Source: an uncultured Magnetococcales bacterium (lineage in GTDB: Bacteria > Pseudomonadota > Alphaproteobacteria > UBA2136 > JAPKEQ01). Taken from it: DNA of 64,000 nucleotides. The stretch covers positions 27,566 through 91,565 of the forward strand of contig CAXHDG010000006.1 of the NCBI GenBank assembly GCA_964015495.1, written 5' to 3'. The notes below the pieces were generated by a model. That model saw only the letters and a program-made list of their open reading frames with translations, did no database searches and was not told the origin of the DNA. Below are positions 58,873-64,000 of this stretch, in pieces (position 1 is the stretch's first letter; each line of letters starts with the position of its first letter). The position numbers were made by a program, and so were the translations under genes.

Positions 58873-60542
58873 TTGATAAAAAGTATCTGGGCTGGATACA
58901 AGCATTTTTTAGTGTCCTTGTTCTTTGGGGACTTAACAATGTAATGATTGGGTATAGCGCCCAAATTTTAGATGCCAACTATATCCTTTATACATGCTGT
59001 GCTTTTGCAAGCTGCTCTTTTACATTACTCCTGATCAGCGGCCCAGGGAAACTTGGTAAAGAAACCATACGCTCTATTGATACGTGGCTATTTGGGTTGG
59101 TCATGCTCCTTGGATATATTGTAACCCTCGCACTCTTTTCTATTGTTTCATCAACAGAAGGATCCCTCTTGCAGCGCATAAGCCTATTTTTTGGGATATT
59201 TGCAAGTTGGATTTTCTTACACCGTTCGCCAACGTTCAATCAACTTGCAGGACTTTTACTTGTTCTTATTGGTGTTGCAATTATATGCAAAGATATACCA
59301 GAAGAGTCTCGAGGCATTGTTTACTTTTTAATGCTTCTAGAAGGTATGATTCTCAGTGCTCGCATGTTCATTGCCGAAATGCACAGACCACACAACCACG
59401 CCCTCAACTCTAACGAAGGCTATCGTTCTAGATGCCGTGTTGTTGGCTTTGTCATGTTTATCATGAGCATGTTTTTCATGGCCGTTTCTTTTATTATCTC
59501 TGTTCTTAATACTGTCGCCCCTCTGCCTTTTGAATCTAATATCATCCCTACACTCAGCTCGATGACACATACCCCTACACTTGTTGCAGGCATTGTTGCA
59601 GGTGTATGCCTTGTAGCCCCTCTTCGTGTTATCGAATTTTCAAGCGCCTCTCTCATTAAAACCGAAAATTTTTTAGCGGTGGCAGCCCTTTCATCTCTTG
59701 CAACGTACTTCTGGGAGTGGCTGCTTTACCCTATTACAGGCATGCCCCTTAAAAACTTTAACAGTGGAGAGATGATTGCAATTGCCCTTATCACTTTTGG
59801 CTCAATGATTGCTGTTTTAAAACACAGTAAAGCAAAAGATGCATCATGGAAGAATCATTTAGAAATAAAACCTCATGACCCTGAGTTGATATCAGATAGC
59901 AGGGATATTTTTGCGGAAACGCTCACGCACTTTGATGGGTCCCTTAAAAAGGCATCAGATGCGCTTAAACTTCCCCAAAGCACATTAAAGATTATTCTAC
60001 AAGACCATGAACGTATTTATGCCTTCAAAAACCTTGATAAAATACAAAGACACTTCAGACAGAATGTTGCTGGACAAGATGCTCTGACAGGTCTTCTAAA
60101 TAGAAATGCCTTTAAAAGGCTCTCAACAGACCTCTTAGACACATGCAAGAGCTGCACACTTCTTTATATCGACCTAGATAAGTTCAAGCCGGTTAATGAT
60201 ACATACGGCCATGATGCAGGTGATGCCATTCTTACCCAAACAGCGATCCGTCTGCAAAAACAGCTCCCTGAAGGCTCGCTAATTTGCCGCATGGGTGGAG
60301 ATGAGTTTTGCGCCATCCTCCCTCATAAGGCAACACAAGCAAAACACATCACGCCGTTACAAAAAGCAATACAAGCTCCTGTAGCCATTCAAGGCATCTC
60401 AGAAGAGATAAGTGTCGGTGCTTCTGTCGGCATTGCACACTACCCTAAAGATGGAGAGACACTAAATGACCTTATCTCGCATGCTGATGAAGGTATGTAC
60501 GGGGTTAAGCATTCAAGAGACACAAAAACCCGTAAGGCCTAA
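58854..60542 (+). CDS. Membrane diguanylate cyclase: EamA/DMT-like ~10-TM domain fused to GGDEF
   Basis: The C-terminal domain has LTGLLNRNAF, DLDKFKPVNDTYGHDAGD and RMGGDEFCAIL. The N-terminal half is polytopic. The start at 58854 (MGNKK) is inferred. Confidence 0.75.
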   Translation: MGNKKLIDKKYLGWIQAFFSVLVLWGLNNVMIGYSAQILDANYILYTCCAFASCSFTLLLISGPGKLGKETIRSIDTWLFGLVMLLGYIVTLALFSIVSSTEGSLLQRISLFFGIFASWIFLHRSPTFNQLAGLLLVLIGVAIICKDIPEESRGIVYFLMLLEGMILSARMFIAEMHRPHNHALNSNEGYRSRCRVVGFVMFIMSMFFMAVSFIISVLNTVAPLPFESNIIPTLSSMTHTPTLVAGIVAGVCLVAPLRVIEFSSASLIKTENFLAVAALSSLATYFWEWLLYPITGMPLKNFNSGEMIAIALITFGSMIAVLKHSKAKDASWKNHLEIKPHDPELISDSRDIFAETLTHFDGSLKKASDALKLPQSTLKIILQDHERIYAFKNLDKIQRHFRQNVAGQDALTGLLNRNAFKRLSTDLLDTCKSCTLLYIDLDKFKPVNDTYGHDAGDAILTQTAIRLQKQLPEGSLICRMGGDEFCAILPHKATQAKHITPLQKAIQAPVAIQGISEEISVGASVGIAHYPKDGETLNDLISHADEGMYGVKHSRDTKTRKA

Positions 60543-60544
60543 AG

Positions 60545-61422
60545 CTACCTACAGTGCCATAAAAGCTGATAGTATTTAATAGCTTCAGGGTTAGGCTGAG
60601 GAAGACGCCCTTCAACTAAGCACATATAGCTACTTTCGGGTGGAGAGAGCTGAGGTATAGACTCTTCTCTTATGCCGTAGTTTAGCACAAACTGCTTCCA
60701 CGCTTCTTTTAAGTTTGAAACCCTTTGTAGGAATATCAACCCTTCTTCTATTTCCTGCTCTCGTGCAATTGTGTATAGAAAGAGGTTTTCTCTTATCTCA
60801 CATGCAACAATCATAGAGACAAGTGCCCCTTTTAAATCTGCTGCGGGGTTGTAGCTGACTCGACCCGTCACGATGCCATAACGAAATATTGCTGTGCATA
60901 TTTGTAGAATACGTTGAGAAATCTCAGTCGTACCCTTCTTCTCTATTGCCCTTATAAGATTCAAAACATCCATAGGCTTTATAGTTTGAATAGGCATAGC
61001 GCCAAGTTTAGGTACTAAGTGCAGCTCTATTCGGCGCCAAATTTTAGCAACATGCTTCTCTGACCATTTATTTAAGCTGTGTCGTGCCACTCCTTAACAA
61101 TAAGTGAGAATGAGTTTCCTGCCGCTATCACAGCATCAGTCTTTTCTTCTTTTCTGTGCTGAGTAGGGTTAATGCCTTTATCTAGTAATTTACGTGCTTC
61201 AAATTTTTTCTCTCTTGTTTCTTGCAGGGATATTTCTGGGTACTTCCCAAATGCAATAAGCTTCTCACTTCCATGAAAGTAATATTTCATTCGCCATAGC
61301 ATTGAACCACTCTTATTAATCTGGATAAAGGTACCATCACAATCAAACAGCTTGTAGGGATTTTCTTTTGCTTTAGCACTTTTGATAGCAATATTCGTTA
61401 GCGGCATAGGGCTACCTTTCAT
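60545..61422 (-). pseudogene. P4-type tyrosine integrase remnant (frameshifted, catalytic domain missing)
   Basis: 61072-61422 encodes the DUF4102 arm-binding domain (PYKLFDCDG...LWRMKYYF). 60545-61090 continues in another frame through the SAM-like core-binding domain up to NPAADLKGAL, then switches to unrelated sequence. No R-HxxR-Y catalytic residues are present. Confidence 0.7.
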
Positions 61423-61558
61423 TTGACACCCCTAACAGCACCCCTAAATGAGTGAGCTTGCAATAGATAGCAAGAGATGCCAAAAGACAGGATCCTTGGC
61501 TCTTACTGTTGTTTTATATTGATTTTTAGATTTTATGAGACTTAGAGAGACCAATTAT

Positions 61559-61643
61559 TGGTGCCGTCGAAAGGACTCGAACCTTCACACCTTGCGGCAC
61601 TAGCACCTCATGCTAGCGTGTCTACCAATTCCACCACGACGGC
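61559..61643 (-). tRNA. tRNA-Leu (GAG), type II with a long variable arm
   Basis: Hand-folded: acceptor GCCGTCG/CGACGGC, anticodon stem CTAGC/GCTAG with loop ATGAGGT, long variable arm, T-arm GAAGG-TTCGAGT-CCTTT and an encoded CCA. Confidence 0.85.
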
Positions 61644-61756
61644 ACAAACTCGGTTTGTTTTCCTTTTGTTTCCACTAACATCCCATGCAGGTTGTCTGCC
61701 CAAACAAAAAGAAGTACACTTCGCTTATACCCACGATTTATAGCAAGGAAACGCCT

Positions 61757-62437
61757 GTGACGCAAGCCCCAATCCGTATTATCCACATAGGACAAGATGT
61801 CCCTTACGAGGACGTTGTACAGATGCAAGAGGACGCTGTACAAAATGTAATAAACGGCGGCGAAGAAGTTATATTTTTTGTAGAGCACACGCCTGTTTAT
61901 ACCGCAGGCACATCCTTTGAACAATCTGCTGTGGGTGCAATTGGCGATATTCCTCTTATTCATACAGGCCGCGGCGGCAACGTAACGTACCACGGGCCTG
62001 GACAGCGTGTTATTTACCCGATTCTCGATCTCAAAAAACGTGGGCGCGATATCCGTGCTTACGTTTGCATGTTACAAAAATGGATGGTGGATGTACTAAA
62101 TGAGTACGATATTCCCACAGATATATGCGATGAAATTGGTGTATGGGTTCCTATGCCGAAACAAAGTGAAAAGGCGCAAAAAACGCCCCTACTCCTCCAA
62201 CAAAAAACCCCACAAGTGGGCAAAATTGCCGCTATTGGTGTGCGTGTGCGCAAATGGGTAACCTTCCACGGCATTGCCCTTAACGTAGACCCAATTATGG
62301 AGCACTTTACCCGTATTACCCCTTGCGGCATTACTGATAAAGGCGTGTGTAGTATTAAAAACTTTGCGCCCGATGTAACAATGGAAGAAGTAGACGGCAA
62401 ACTAAAACGGCACATGATGACGCATTTAGGGCTTTAA
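61757..62437 (+). CDS. lipB: Octanoyltransferase (lipoyl(octanoyl) transferase)
   Basis: FFVEHTPVYTAG, RGGNVTYHGPGQRVIYP and KIAAIGVRVRKWVTFHG blocks. GTG 61757 with an AAGGAA RBS is preferred over ATG 61685. Confidence 0.85.
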   Translation: MTQAPIRIIHIGQDVPYEDVVQMQEDAVQNVINGGEEVIFFVEHTPVYTAGTSFEQSAVGAIGDIPLIHTGRGGNVTYHGPGQRVIYPILDLKKRGRDIRAYVCMLQKWMVDVLNEYDIPTDICDEIGVWVPMPKQSEKAQKTPLLLQQKTPQVGKIAAIGVRVRKWVTFHGIALNVDPIMEHFTRITPCGITDKGVCSIKNFAPDVTMEEVDGKLKRHMMTHLGL

Positions 62438-62483
62438 CACCCTGGTCATTTCATTAAAAACTTCATCTGAAAAATCAATCAAG

Positions 62484-62511
62484 AAAAAGAGCCCCGCAAG
62501 GCTCTTTTTTC
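62484..62511. terminator. Bidirectional rho-independent terminator
   Basis: Stem AGAGCC/GGCTCT flanked by A- and T-runs, between convergent genes. Confidence 0.65.
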
Positions 62512-62513
62512 AT

Positions 62514-63437
62514 TTAAAGAAGTGCATCCACACTAGATGTACTGCTGTTTTGAATGCCTGTTAGGAGCGCCGCAAATGGATCTTCGCTCCCAGAATCATT
62601 ACCGTTAAGAATACTTAAAAAGAGCGATGTACTCTGCGCGCGAGATTCAAGCAGGAAAGAACTGAGCGATGCAGATTCTGCCTGTTCAAAAAGTTCTGCA
62701 AGCTCCTCTACCAGCTTATCAGCCTTATTTTGTTCAGCCTCGCTTAGTTCACGCGCTGGCTTTTCAGTGCCGTACTCCGTAAAGGCATTATCAATATTCT
62801 GTGCAATAGCTGCGGCTGTTTCTGCTTGGGTGGCCGTAAGAGTATCACTACTTGCAAGGAGCTCTGTAAGGGCTGCAAACTGCGCAATAACTTCTTCCCC
62901 AATATCTGCCGGCAAATCTGCAATATTATGGCTAGATCGCACACGGCTCTGATCTAGAAGTGTATCAAGCTCTCCCGTAAGGCGGTCAAGATCTGCCTGC
63001 TGGGCATCTGTTGGCAGCGCCCCATCTGGAATGCTTTCATAGATGCTAGAAATTTCAGAAATAAGGCGTGTACCCACCTCTCTATTAGCCTCTGTCATAT
63101 ACAGGAAAGATTCAGACGGCGGCACACTTTCAATGTCGTAAATATCATCAAGCTGCGCGGTAATTTCAGAAATTTGTGCAATTTCAGACTCAGAAAGCTC
63201 ACGCCCGCCAAGCTGCGCTTGAAGAAGAGAAAGCTTACTGGTGAGGTCATCAATACGCTCAAGAACGGCCTTTGCCTCTGGCGAAAGAGAAATCGCATCA
63301 TCCTTCCAGCCGCCCTCTTCAACCACAGTTCCTTCCTGCATATTGATACGCACGCCGCCAATCACGGTCGTATCCTTATTGCCCGTAAGCAGGTTATTTG
63401 TGTAGCTGGTTAAACTTTGTAATGAAGACGAAATCAT
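62514..63437 (-). CDS. Hypothetical acidic, helix-rich protein (307 aa)
   Basis: Intact ORF, rich in Glu/Asp/Leu/Ser. No motif recognised. Confidence 0.5.
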   Translation of the reverse strand: MISSSLQSLTSYTNNLLTGNKDTTVIGGVRINMQEGTVVEEGGWKDDAISLSPEAKAVLERIDDLTSKLSLLQAQLGGRELSESEIAQISEITAQLDDIYDIESVPPSESFLYMTEANREVGTRLISEISSIYESIPDGALPTDAQQADLDRLTGELDTLLDQSRVRSSHNIADLPADIGEEVIAQFAALTELLASSDTLTATQAETAAAIAQNIDNAFTEYGTEKPARELSEAEQNKADKLVEELAELFEQAESASLSSFLLESRAQSTSLFLSILNGNDSGSEDPFAALLTGIQNSSTSSVDALL

Positions 63438-63496
63438 CTTATGGCCTCTATTTTTTGTATATACAGAGGGGAATACGCAAGATATAGGCCAAAAAT

Positions 63497-63522
63497 AAAG
63501 AGCCCCGCAGGGCTCTTTTTTA
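63497..63522. terminator. Rho-independent terminator
   Basis: Stem AGAGCCC/GGGCTCT flanked by A- and T-runs. Confidence 0.65.
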
Positions 63523-63523
63523 A

Positions 63524-63997
63524 TTAGTCATCTTCCTGCTTGCGCAGAAAATCAAACAGGTCATCTATGTTAGCCTTATCTGGCGCATCTTCTTTTTTAG
63601 CGTCGGCCTTTTTAGCACCGCCACGTACAATCGGGATAGGTTCTGTTTTCGGAAGGTCCATTAGCTTATCATCAGATGAAGCTTCAGCTTTTTCACCGCC
63701 GTCCTTTTTCAAAAAGTTCGTTGGGCGCTCTTCTGTACCAACACTCATGGCTTTTTCTACAAGCTCTTCGTTAGAGCGCGTTTTTGTTGGTGCAGCGTCT
63801 GAGCCCTCTGGCACAAATAGGAAGCACTCTTTAGTAAAGCCATGTGGCGGCACTTTACCAACTTGTGCGCGCTTACCTACCCAATCTTCAAATTCGTTGA
63901 GCACGCGGTCCTTTGTACCAATCGTGTTTTTAAGGCCCACACCAACACTACTGTTAAAGGAAACGACGTCAGCAAGCTTCGCTTCTTTGGCTTCCAT
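63524..63997 (-). CDS. Hypothetical protein (at least 157 aa; the 5' end may extend past the window edge)
   Basis: The ORF runs to within 3 nt of the window end. It has a Lys/Asp/Glu-rich C-terminus and no recognised motif. Confidence 0.4.
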   Translation of the reverse strand: MEAKEAKLADVVSFNSSVGVGLKNTIGTKDRVLNEFEDWVGKRAQVGKVPPHGFTKECFLFVPEGSDAAPTKTRSNEELVEKAMSVGTEERPTNFLKKDGGEKAEASSDDKLMDLPKTEPIPIVRGGAKKADAKKEDAPDKANIDDLFDFLRKQEDD

Positions 63998-64000
63998 CAG

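Larger units (their letters stand above)
46568..61643. mobile_element. About 15-kb integrated genomic (defence) island at tRNA-Leu(GAG), probably immobilised
   Basis: A tRNA gene and a P4-type integrase remnant sit at one end and the tRNA 3'-end repeat at the other. The interior is visibly AT-richer, and the cargo is R-M, Abi_C and the viperin-like cluster. Confidence 0.7.

Noticed and set aside
1-64000. CRISPR arrays, rRNA genes and IS/transposase genes.
   Set aside because: Scanning both strands by eye showed no regularly spaced short repeats, no rRNA-like sequence, and no transposase-like ORFs or terminal inverted repeats.

Overview
The window looks like chromosomal DNA from an alphaproteobacterium-like organism; this placement rests only on RpoB/RpoC/ribosomal-protein sequence style and gene content. 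Most of it is housekeeping: pip, uvrD, prmA, elbB, cdsA, rplKAJL-rpoBC, rlmB, tRNA-Cys and tRNA-Asn, mgtE, maeB, a SCO1 family gene, an NhaP-type antiporter and lipB.

Four things stand out.

1. About 15 kb (46568-61643) is visibly AT-richer and sits next to tRNA-Leu(GAG). It is bounded by a 23-nt copy of the tRNA 3' end and carries a decayed P4-type integrase. Its cargo is a Type I R-M operon with an embedded Abi_C gene, followed by an unusual cluster. That cluster is built around a viperin-like radical-SAM enzyme plus a Tmk/CMPK2-like kinase, a HIT-like protein, an S51 (PepE-like) peptidase, a stand-alone divergent AlaRS catalytic-core homolog and an EamA-GGDEF membrane protein. This cluster is my best candidate for an undescribed nucleotide-modifying defence or biosynthetic system.

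2. rpoB is interrupted by a perfect 386-bp tandem duplication. This shifts the frame and yields two overlapping ORFs joined by an ATGA stop/start overlap.

3. A CzcCBA/CusCBA-type heavy-metal efflux operon has two separate lesions. The adaptor gene has an in-frame TAA, and the outer-membrane-factor gene has a +1 frameshift in an A7 run.

4. A secreted 612-aa protein carries phage-tail-fibre-like tandem repeats, and there are two pairs of tandem paralogs.

I saw no CRISPR array, rRNA or transposase. All functional calls come from reading motifs by eye, with no database search.
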